Below the pieces are notes generated by a model. That model made no database searches and had not been told where the DNA came from. It saw nothing but the letters and a program-made list of their open reading frames with translations. A stretch of DNA of 64,000 nucleotides, taken from positions 50,034,001-50,098,000 of the forward strand of contig OZ260667.1 of NCBI GenBank assembly GCA_965285935.1, written 5' to 3'. Source of the stretch: Ophelia neglecta (taxonomy: Eukaryota). Positions 28,049 to 40,600 of this stretch are shown in pieces. Numbering within the stretch: the stretch's first letter is position 1; each line of letters opens with the position of its first letter. The position numbers were made by a program, and so were the translations under genes.

Positions 28049-28519
28049 ACACATGTATTGCATGACATGCATGTATGTATGACATACATGTATGTATGAC
28101 ATTCATGTATGTATAACATTCATGTATGTATGACATTCATGTATGTATGACATACATGTATGTTTGACATACATGTATGTTTGACATACATTTATGTATG
28201 TCATAAATGTATGTTTGACATACATGTATGTTTGACATACATGTATATATGACATTCATGTATGTATGACATACATGTATGTTTTACATACATGTATGTT
28301 TGACATACATTTATGTATGTCATACATGTATGTTTGACATACATGTATGTTTGACATACATGTATATATGACATTCATGTATGTATGACATGCATGTATG
28401 TTTGACATACATGTATGTTTGACATACATTTATGTATGTCATACATGTATGTATGACATACATGTATGATTGACATACATGTATATATGACATTCATGTA
28501 TGTATGACATTCATGTATG
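28049..28519. repeat. 17-bp minisatellite, ~27 copies
   Basis: Unit GACATACATGTATGT(A/T)T, containing the 14-bp palindrome ACATACATGTATGT. Confidence 0.95.
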
Positions 28520-31383
28520 GCCCATATGCTGCCCCTTTACTATTGTTAACTCGATTCATAAAGCACGAAATACCTATTTTCTTATGTATTACATCTTTTG
28601 GAGATCGAGCAACCTGGAGCTTGGATAAGTGAAAATGAACCGAAAAATATATGCAAAATTTGGTATCTAGAAAGGATCCTTAGGTGCTAAAACGCATAAA
28701 AAAACAATATCCTACACAATGTTAATTTTCAAAAAAATTCACGCCCCGGGGCTGGGGCAATATCCCCCAGTGGAAGGGTAGAAGAAAGTCAGACTATGCT
28801 GAGATAACCACTCAGGAATTAGGAATCGTGAACTATACACCAAATACATACTGTATTTTATTATTGGAATAATGAACCATAAACTCGGTGCCAACTTCAC
28901 ACTCCAGACCATTGTTCGAATAATGAACCATGAACTATGAACTTTGGTCCAACTTCACGCTGCTAGACATTTCAACTATACATAAAAACAAATTGGGAGT
29001 CGTAACATGAGCAACCCAGCTACCCGGCTAGGTCTTCCACCTATATAGAGCCTCAGCGTTACGCACAAGTAGTACATAGTACGCACTTATAGACATAACG
29101 TTTAGAATAAATACAGCGACTGGCGCTCTATAAATTATTAAGCATGTTAAATTAAGGGTAGCAGTTATTTTGATGGAGACAAAGTAAATTAAACTTCCAT
29201 AAGTTCATAAGGGGGAACTGACTGATGTAATCCCATCAAAAATTATGTATGCATAGGCAGTATGCATTAATTGGCAGACATGCAATTTTTTTTAATCCCA
29301 GCCAAATACGCTGAACTGCAGATACCGATTGCTATGCGGAAATTCATACCCATTTTGCAAAAAAATGTACGCTGTGACAATTAAGTCCTATGTGTATGTG
29401 TAAGTAATTGGGGTAATAAATTTAAAAAAAAATTGACTGTTGGCCATTGACTGTTGGCCTTTTTTGGGTTGAATCTGTATGAGATCATACTTCTAGTCAG
29501 GACTGATCTTTCATAGTGCGCATATAAAGGGGAATCCATTTATCGGGGGTCCCCAATGATCTGGTCTGATGCCACTTTCAGCTGGCTGGCAAAATAACAT
29601 CATAAAAACAGTTCAGCGTATGAACTTCTTGGCTGGTTGCCATCAGGTCATCCCCTTGAGACCACTAAATGGGCCTGTATGCGGCCGACACCCTTGTACT
29701 GACCTAGTGCAACTAACATTATATGTATTGCATGTGCTGCTTGGTTATGTCAGCTCTTACATCTGCCAGCTGGCTGCAAAGAAGAACAGCTAAGAATATT
29801 TAAGTCGTTTGGGACCCCTCATTCAATTGTGATCAGCAATTACATTTTTTCCACGTACTGCAAACTAGTGCCAAGGCAGTTTCTGGCCTACCTAGCGGTT
29901 CGTCCTTTTCCGACAGTAGATTACAACTTACATGACATTGTGTAGTTTCAGCATCACAGAGATGCTGCTTCATCAGTGGTTATCTCTTTATTTTTATAAG
30001 CGGCCCAAGAACGAATGAGAGGGCGGCAGATATGCATTCTATTTCTAAGATACTGACAAATGAGTAGCATCCATCCATAATCATAATACACTGGGCTGCG
30101 CCTTGTGCACTTATGACTATGGCCAAGAAAGCATAATCTTATCATGTCATTGCTTGTAATTTCAATATTTAGAAAACCCAACAAGACAACATCAAGAATA
30201 CCACTTTAATTAAACAAATACTTTTAATCCTTAACTATATCGTTACTGAGTCAAATGAGCTTCAATATGCCTAATAGCGAGGTCAACAATCATATTTACG
30301 TTAAAAAAAAAGACGAAAGTCATATCCAAATATGCTGATATGCACATCTGAACTAGGACATATATTGAGTTGGCGGTACAGGCAATTTTCGGCAGATAGG
30401 CTTCCTATTAGCCAAATATTAACCTTAACCAATATTTATCCGGTTGAAAGTTACCATCTCATATGTTTACGAGGGGAGGGGGGGGGGGGGTGGTGATAGG
30501 CAACAATAGCAGGATTAAACTCTTTATGTCTACCCTACACATGCGTACTACGTATCTTTCAAAAATAATATCGTCGCATAAGCCCTTGACCCCATTACTT
30601 CAGGCTAACTTGAATTATTTATTATGGTGTGCTTCTTATCGTCATATGCAATCGCGCTTTATAACAGACTGCAGGTAATTTTGATATAATGTATGGGGGC
30701 CCATTAAGTGTTGCACGACCTTAATAGGCAGCACTTGAATGTGTTGAAGAACGTTTGCTTTTAACTCATCACCACTTGGCTTCGTGGCGGTTTCAAAATA
30801 AAAATAAAAGCATATAATTTGAAATGTATGTCATTATTACCAAACTAAAATCATGGGCTTACTTCAGCATTCTGTTACATTGAACTCATTGCGTAGAGCT
30901 TCAACAATAGATCAGTCGAATTGGTCGTGTTGCGGTAGGTATCAAAGGTTGCTATGTACATTCTTAAGCAATTATCCTTTGGCATGTCAGGTTTGCTACA
31001 CGGTACACAGATTGTACAAGAAGCACGGATTTTTTCATTCACCTAAGACTCTTACGTTATCAATTTACTCTTACAATTTTGAAGTTATGTTGTGTATCTT
31101 GAGGTAAACCATTTGGGTTTGCTCTTTTTTGTTCTGTTTTGGGGAGGGAATGGGGTGGTGGTGGGGTGGGGGGGGGGGGGGGCGGGTGCCCGTATAAAAA
31201 AAACGTACCAATGTGCAATTACAAACCAATGCCGGGTAACAAAGCTTTTGTTAAATATTCCATGTTTCGAAGGAATATACCTAACCTTCCACCCCTCGGA
31301 AAAACTGAACGAGGGTTTGAACTATTCTGTAGTCAATATGTAAAGGGTTGGCGTTGGTTTTTGTTCAATTATACGCTGCAAAC

Positions 31384-31642
31384 ATGGCCCACAGGACAGA
31401 AGACATGTCCGATTGGTTTGATTTTGATTCTTGGGCTGTTGAATATAAACTCACAAAGAAAACAATTTGCCGTCTTCGAGAAGAGGATTTAAATACGGTT
31501 AATGTTTTACGTGAACTGGAGCCAGAAGACATAAAAGAACTAAATCTGAACTTAGGAGAACGCAAGCTTTTGTTGCTCGCGGTTGATAGCTTAAGAAATG
31601 GCACTAAGGATAACATCGAAGACACCCAGAGAGATTTGACAG
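31384..31642 (+). CDS. SAM-domain first exon of VLIG-B
   Basis: FDFDSWAVEYKLTKKTICRLREEDLNTVNVLRELEPEDIKELNLNLGERKLL; strong donor AG|GTAATT; paralogous to exon 13279-13633. Confidence 0.85.
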
Positions 31643-34600
31643 GTAATTAACGGCAGCATTCATATACATGTATTTACTTGCATGCAGCATACATACATGA
31701 AAGCCCTTAGGAAATGTATCGTAGTTTTGTTTTAAATTTTAGGTGCACATTTTGTTGCTTAAAGTGGACAAGTGATTTGATTACGTAACATGCGTGTTTT
31801 TCTGTAGCAAATATTAAGAAAATCCTATGTCCCCATCGGAACTATTTTCTGACATTTTAACATGTGTAAATGTAATTTTCTTCAACGGTATTCCTTCCTA
31901 TTGTCGCACATTTTAACATTTGGAAACATGAAATTCACTTTTAATTAATAATATAGCAACACGCGTTAAATGTGCCGACGATGACTGGCTGATGACTAGC
32001 TGTTCAGATCGGAGACTCAAATAAACTGCTCGTGATCTTCGACCCTCGTCGAAAGCACCTCGTGCAAAAAATGTAGGACTGGGTCCAATTAGTTGCCACA
32101 CTTAGAACCCTTTGAGTATATTAACAAGGCATGTGCAATCACAAGGACGGATTTGCGTGTTGTGTGATTATTGATTACTTATATAAATATCCCCCCCAAA
32201 CCCCCCCCCCCCCCCCACACACACACACACACACCCGCACACACACTCAACTTAGGGCAAATCACGCATTTGGTATGTTTCGTAATTAGTGATAGTGTTA
32301 ACAAAAATATTCAATTTCGACTGAAATTGTCATATATGAGCTGTTTATAAAGCGATTTTGACAGTATTTGGAAGGAATCTGGACTGTTCCTGATATGACG
32401 AAGCTCCGTATCCCACGGATAAACATTTAATTGGTTCTATTTCTACTGCTTTGAATCCAATGTAATAGCTAGAGAAACGGGCAAGCAGTCACTAGCCAAT
32501 GTCCAAGATATCCCCTTAATTATAATCAAACAATGTGCAAATGACCGACGTTTGTTTTCACCAACAGTCCTGCCGGCCGCTTGTTCTTGGCGTGGACGTG
32601 CTTCGGACGGGCAATGCTATATACACGTCCATATATACGCTACGGGCGATATGCTTTATACCGCTCACAGCGGTTCCTCCCACACGGGCCGTACAGATAT
32701 ATTTAAAAAAAAGTGCTGGCCACCTATATTGTTGTGTATAATGTCCGTTTAATGGCCGGTTGAACATACACATGCTTTCAAGTCAAGTAGTATTATACAC
32801 TTATATATTGCAGCCTCTGAAGAAGTGTCTTTTGATGCAATGCCCCGCCCCGTACCCTGGAATGGCTGCCACGCAGGAATTGAAATGATCAACACGTGCG
32901 CTGTTGATAATATGTTATATTTTTTCCACGTCTTACAACTTCAAAGAGATGACATGAGAACAGACTTTGCCAAAAGTGAAGAACAGGCCCTTAGGCTACT
33001 TTATGAAGTACACACCTGCTTTAAAGATAGTAGATTTTCCGAAGGCAAATATCTTTGGCTAAAACAATTTTTTTCAGTTGACTCTAATTTGAAAGAATGG
33101 GATGCATTTGGGCATGAAAGCAAGTATTCATTCTCTAAACTGCAGACAATCTTAAAATCATCATTCAACAGCACGTGTTCAGAAACAGGCTCTTGCAGTC
33201 AACCAGAGAAAATATTACATTCAACAATAATCGAAAGCAGGTATGTAAAATTTTATTATCTGTTTTCCAAATAAGGGCAGAGTATCTTGGTCTTGTGTAA
33301 TTTCATTATTTTCGATAGTTTATTTATGCGTGTTAATGTTTTTTTTTATAAAGAGAACTTATAAACTATAGCTGTAATTGTGATAAAAAAAATTGCCAAT
33401 TTAACAAATACCAGTTGAAAATTTATTTACTTTTCAACATCAGGGCGCAAATCATAAATCCTCAAAAGCCCCCACTACTAGTGGTACTATTGACTTTTGA
33501 TTTTTAAAATACTAGAAGCCAGGAACATGGGTCTAAAGATTTTGCAAATGGAGTCGAAACGTGGGTGATGAACAATCCCCAAACCAAATGCGGCTATAAA
33601 GAAAAAAATTCCGAACGACAGTATGTACTTGAACATATTAAACAAATATAATACTGATGCGCACATGTAAGAGAGAATGAGTTTTTAACCCCGCCTTCAA
33701 TTCTTGCTATAGCATTGAAAAACAGTATGTTGTTTAATTCCTTTTTTCAGGTGCGTTGGTGTTAGGAAAGAAACGCCCAGGAAGTTTAATTCAGAAGAAC
33801 CACCTTTCCTTCTAATTGACCTAGCTTCCTGTGACTGGAAAATATTACCTCTGTCCATGAATGTTCTAAACACAGAGTAAATATATTACCTTCATATTGC
33901 TTATAGTTTTAAATTTTCATTTGTTACATTTCAGCGAAAAGAACGGTTTTCTAAAACATATTATTATTCCTCTCATTTTCTGAAGTTTAGCAATTTCAAA
34001 ATGGCCATGCCTCTGACGAGTTTCATGGTGAATTGACTTCCCAGGAATCAATTTTTTTTTTAATCTACCCGTTTCATTGGGTCTACCTGGAGAAAAACAA
34101 CCGCACCTTTTTACCATTTCCTTCCACGCAGAAATAAAGATGGGTCGATTTTCGCTGAAATGCAATGTCCATGTAAATAAGCCAAAAATAACTCTATCAA
34201 ATCTTTTGGTTGAGTCTTTTGACACTGGATCGGAAGATGACTCACAAAAAGCAAAATATTGTTATTTTAAGCTGTATGAATCAAATTTAAAAGAAATTAA
34301 AGAATTAATTTTAAAGAAATGTTTGCAAAGCTATTTATGCTTTTGTTTGGACCAGAGGAATTTATCCAAACTTTTAAAGCAAATTTCCTTGCCACTTGTA
34401 TGCTGTAACCAGCTCAGTGGGTTTTTTTAATTATATATGGGATCTTTGAAAATGGTCTAGTAATTCTAAATTTCTTCTCTCTCCATAAATTTCTCACCAA
34501 AAATTGAAAAGTTTGATTCCCAAGGCTCCTAAAGATCTAAAATTTAGAGCGTCGGGGAAGATTTTACGAGTCGCAATATATTATGCTTATCTCTTTGAAT

Positions 34601-37600
34601 TATTCATATCTTAATGCCCAAATAAAATATAAGCAACCTGAAGTATGGTGAAGGAATATATTGCCTTTGTCATGAAATTGGAAATAAGCTTGCATGGAAC
34701 ATTCCTCAAGTTTATTAAGTCTTTTAAATGAGCAAAAGATGTAAAGAAATAGAAAAGAAGATAGTTCGCTTGAAACTGTCATGGACGGTTGAAGATGTGA
34801 GTGAGTTGTTGATAATATCCGTAAACCATGGAACCAGATCATCTAAGCAGCCCTTGAGGAGCCATATCGGCAGTGGATCTGCATCACATGACTTGGGGGA
34901 CAGCATGTTATCAGTTTATGCACCTCGGCTTGTGTGAGTAGTGCAAATTGTGGGAATGAAGTTTGCATTTTTTTGGGGGGACCACATACTGCCATATTCT
35001 TGAACGCTCAGTGAGATTGCCATATACACGAAGTTCATTTACATACTTACTAAATCATAAGTGTTTAGCGTATGTATATATGGCTGCTCATGGTTTCAGT
35101 ACTCATACATTTACATAAATTTAACAGTTATTTAATTGAACTTATTTTGTAATTCAGATACTCCCTCAAGATGATTACATATGGTAATAGTACACACTTC
35201 GTTGCTTCCATGAGGTTTCATGCTCAATGGTGGCTGTATGATGGGTATAAGGAGTACAAAAAAAAGGCTACAGGGTTGCAGAAACAGAAAGAGCCATTAC
35301 CCCCAGATGGATACATCAGAAGTTTCTGCGTATATACTAAACTACCTTCAGGTATGTTAAAGTTTGTAAAGGCCTAAGTTTATCATGAGCAGAGAAATTC
35401 CTACTTGTTTCTTCATGTGAAAGAATTTTTAGAGAAGTTTCCATGTTAACCCTCAAAATAAGGTGTTAATAAGTAATAAGAAATTAATTAATGTCATCCA
35501 TGTTTCGACATTCTGTATGATGATTGAACAAAGTTAATAAGTGATTTTGATCCACACAAAAATATACAGTGATGTGAAAAGACTAAAACAGGGTCAGGGT
35601 TATTGGTTATAGTCAATGTTACTTAAATAATTTCTGAAACGCCCTTCAAAGACTGAAAACGTTGGGGCAGTCTTTATGTACTTCTTAACGTAGTGAAAAC
35701 GCCCACACGAGGAAGAGCTTCTCCAAATAACGTGTCATACTGCACGCAGCGGGTCTTACATTTCACCTCTCCGGTCTATTGGCCTCTTTATTCACCAATA
35801 GACTGACCTTGTCATATTGTCAGGCTAAGACCTTAGTAAAGCATTTGACAAGGTCAGCCACCAACACCTGCTGCTGTTCTTAATGGTGAATTTTCAGAGG
35901 ACATCCGAGTAACCTCGGGTGTTCCACCGGGCTCTGTACTAGCCCTGTTCTATTATTGATTTATATTAATTACCTTTCTGACCACATTAGACACAGCAGG
36001 GTTCGGGTCTTTGCCGACTACGCCATTTTTTACCAAAGCATATAATTTTCTCAAGATATTCTCCTGATACATCAAGACCCCTCAGGCGATGGGGGTCTGA
36101 CTTGCACATGCATTTTAACCCTTCAAAGTATCACCCTGCATGTCTACAGACGGAAGCATTAAGGTCACAGCGACGCTTATTCCCTCCAAAACACTTCCCC
36201 GCTGAAGTAGTGGACAATGCCAAATGCCGAGGGTTTACTGTCCACAACAAACTTAGTTGGAATGACCATGTGAATGAGATAAGTGGCAAGGCGAGCAGGC
36301 ATGTTGAGTAGGAAGCTAAAGCCTGCTCTCCGTAAGATCAAAGAGCAGGCAAAACCGTCTATAATTTAATATAATAAATTAAAACCATTCTACTAAAAAT
36401 ATAAAATGTGTTAGATAATCCGTCGGTATTCACTTATTTCGGTATTCGGTATTCACCTGAATACCGAATAAGAAAGAACATTCTGATGAATAGGTATGAG
36501 CGATTCGGGCAAGCTATTTCATAGTTCTGGCGCTACTCGCACGTAGCTAATTTGCCGGATGTCTCTTACCTCTTACGTGGGACATTGAGAAGAAATTTCT
36601 TCTCGGACCTGAGTGATCGATTAACTATCTGCATCTGAAGAAGGTCGGCATCCTACATTGGCGCGTGTCCATTTAAGGTCTTATAAGTCATGAGCATCAC
36701 TTTGTATGCAACATGATGATGTACGTGCAACTTATGAAGCTGTTAAGATAGCGTTAATTCGAGCATAACGAGGCGTTTATAACAGTAGCAGCAATGCTCT
36801 GCAATATCTGCCAGCGCTCGACAAAAGCCTTCAATATTCCAGATAAGAAAATATCGCCATAAATAGTTATATAGTTATATAAGTTACCATCCTACCCATA
36901 CTAATTATATTAACTATAAAAATCGTTCTCGTTTCCACCCGTAGGTGACTTAAGACGAAGCATGGAGGGTCATGGCATAGATGTAGACTATTGGCAGGCC
37001 ATATTTCATGAACAACTAGAAATTTCAGCTATGAAACAGTTGAGTCATTTGACACAAAAGGAATTTAAAACGCTCGCAAGTTGTAGTCGCTCTGCGTTTG
37101 AACTGATATCTTTAAAGACAATGATCAAAGAAGCGGGGGGCATTATTTTTCATAATAATAGTAATGTTAATATTGAGGGCATATTGAAGGAACTCAATAT
37201 GGAAGAGTTTCATCCTGGAAAAATAAGTTTACCGCAAGTAATGTCAGTCATGACCGAGCCAACGAAAGGTCTAGCTCAATCTACATTTTGCCCATTAGTC
37301 TATTTGCATAATTTAATCATGTTAGGCTACAAAACAAGAGATGCTCATTTGCCAAAGCCACATAGTGAACAATCTGAAACTTCAAAGCAAACAACAGGAA
37401 TTAAAAGTGTTCTTAGCACGTGTAAATCAGGTGTAAGTGACTTCCACCCTCAGGATGTATTTCTGATGGTATTCCAATGCTGTAATCTACACTTGAGGCA
37501 GGTCCTAATGAAAAAATGTTTCTTGTGTCGATTAGCAATACCTTTTATTTCTCCTATGAATGGGAACCTTGAATGCGCAATTTGGTCGTTACGCAGTATA

Positions 37601-40600
37601 GTCGCTTATTACAAAAATGCAGAAAAAATAAATGTACAAAATGTTATTGTGAACGCCAGCCTGCACATCATAGGATTTTGCAGAATTAAAAGCAACAAAA
37701 ATCACTCAAAGTCCAAACTGTTAAATGAGTTGCTCAGCGACAGCGCCCACCCTACATTTTACCATCGTGACTGTCCACAAGGTATGACCAAACGTCTAGT
37801 CTCCAATGGAATGATAGAAGCATCCTGGTACCTACCTTCTGGGACCGATAGCGATTTATTCAAAACATGTACTATGTTTCTTAACCTTCGTGGGGATTGC
37901 TTAGAGCATAAACGGCAAGCTGGCATTATGCGCAAAATCGTAGCGGTCACAGTATTGTTTGTGAATGTAGAAGAATTGGGTGATCAAACCATTTGCCAAA
38001 ATATCAATTATTTTGCAAAGAAAACACAAGTTATTTTGGTAATCGGCTCCCAACTTAAGATGTGTAAACAAAAACTAGAACATATTCTTACTCAGTGCAG
38101 TAACCATTTGGGAGAAGAAAACGTAAGTCGACTCTATTTCATCTACACTTCTACCGTCAACATGGGCAAAGATGCTACCCAGATAAATTCCGAAATTCGT
38201 GCTTCGATTTCTGCGTGCCTCACACGTAATAATGTAAATACACTTGAGGCATGTTTAAATGTCTTTCGAGAAAAATGTTGTGACATCGATGAAGATATCA
38301 AAAGTAGCATAGAAGGGAAAATACATGCAGATGACATGCTTCAAAACTTATCTAAAAACACTTTGTCCAAGAAAAGCCTTATGCTGCCACTGCAAGATCT
38401 CTGGTTGCAATGGAGTAAACTTCAACAAAAACAAAGCCGTGCAGTAGGGAAGGGAACCTTAACTACTGCCATGGAAGAGACGGAAGATTTACGAAACGAA
38501 ATGGGCAAAATTAGAAAGGAGCAAGGACGATTATGCACAATTTCCTCCCCACTGGTGAAAAGATTTATCAAGATACTAACTAACGCATTTCGATCAGATG
38601 CCTTCTCAGAAATGACGCCATTCTTTCTCTGTTGGGTGAAATTGTGCCTTGATGGTCGTTCACGGGAAAACTTACAAGAAATGCAGCGTGCGTATGAAGA
38701 AAAGTTGAGAGATTTACAGAAAGTCAAAAACAAAAGAGACTTTACTGTGACTGGAGAAAAGGAGGCAATGCAGTTGGCAGAAAAACAACTTGTCGGTGCC
38801 TCTTTTGGCCTGGAACATCTTTTTAGGGAATTAGGGCAAATGTACGAAGCGGTTGCCGAGCATAAGACCAACGTTCAAGACATCATGAGAAAACAGCTGA
38901 ATGAAATGCCCATTATTGTTGCCCACATCTTGATAGGCGGGCAACCATTTGAATTGATGGACGGGGACGCCGGGAACATTCCAATTAAATGGATGAAAGC
39001 AATATTTACCAGTCTGGAGCATATATTGGGACAAAGCAAAATCTTTGTTGTGTCCGTCCTTGGAATTCAGAGCTCAGGGAAATCCACTCTGTTAAACACA
39101 ATGTTCGGTTTAGAGTTTTCAGTTAGTGCTGGTAGGTGCACGAGAGGCGTTTATATGCAAATGCTCAAGGTAGGAAAAGAATATTCTGACCTACCGTTTG
39201 ACTATGTTCTGGTCATTGATTCAGAAGGACTAAGAGCCCCTGAATTGGGAAAACAGAAATACGACCACGACAATGAAATTGCAACTCTAGTTATTGGCAT
39301 CAGTGATGTGACCATTATTAACGTCAAAGGAGAAAGTTATGCTGAAATGAAAGATATAATCCAAGTGGCCGTTCATGCTTTCCTTCGAATGAAACTTGTC
39401 TCATTTAGTCATACAAATCGCAGAAGGTGTATATTTGTTCACCAAAATGTACCGGCTACGAATGCAGAGGAGGCCATGCGACACGGCAGTCAAAAATTAC
39501 AGGATGGCCTTGACGAAATGGCTCAGGAAGCGGCGTCACAAGAAAATATTCTTGGGATAAACAGCTTTTCTAATATAATTGAGTTCAATTGCTTGTCAGA
39601 TGTGTGGTTTCTCCCCGATCTCTGGCATGGTAACCCGCCTATGGCTCACGTCAACATCGGGTACAGTGAAAAGGTCAAAAATATAAAACGTCAAGTACTG
39701 TTCCAATTTTCAAAAAGCCAAAAATCTTTTCTTAGTCTAGAAGATATTTACCAAAACATTGAAGAACTTTGGAAAGGTATACTATCAGACGACTTCGTGT
39801 TTAGTTTCCGAAATGTAATAGAGCTGAAGGCCTATAGTCATCTTGAAAGCACAATTATTGACATAACTTGGACACTAGAAGAAGAGCTAGACGACTGGCT
39901 AAATACTAAAGCTGAACCCCTAATGGGTTCTTGTCGAAACAACGAAGACGCAAAGAAATGTGGATTAGACTTGAAATCTGAAATAGACTCATTTATACAA
40001 AACAAGGCCGACTTAAATAAAGAAAAGTTGTCGATTTATTTTCTAAATAGCTCATATGCTGACATAATTGAAAAATGGCACGAGCAGAAGAAGAATGTTC
40101 TGCAATCACATTCTTGCGACATGCTCCTAAAAATGAAAGAAGAACTAATGGAATTGCAAACACGACACGAATTGCGATTACTTACCAATGAGAACCACAT
40201 GATACATAAGGACGACATAATGAGCAAAGCCCTCGACGTGGCTCTGGAATTGAAGGGAACTGCCTTAAGTGAAGATGCTTTGAGAGAAAAATTTGATCAC
40301 GTTTGGCTAAGCTGGCAAGCCTGCACTTCAGAAAATAAAATAAATATTATTTCCCCTGGCAACATTTTAAGACAGATGAGTGGCCTATTGTTTTCCCTGT
40401 TCCCACAACACCATCAAATTGTTAAATATCACCTAAACATCAACCCAATAGGAGTTAAAGCTAATTTTTCTCCCTTAGAAAACAGCATAGGAATAATTGA
40501 TATCAGACAGGAAGACGGCTATCTTAGTATCGAAGTTGCTGACTCCATAGACACCTTTTCGGCACAAAGGGAGGTGCTGGAATCAGGTCATCAAGTCGCG

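Noticed and set aside
32752-32813. Independent start (ATG GCC G|GT) that would make the protease a separate nested gene
   Set aside because: Weak donor and only a ~55-bp intron. The SAM exon donor is strong and in phase, so the fusion model is simpler, though a separate gene is not formally excluded.
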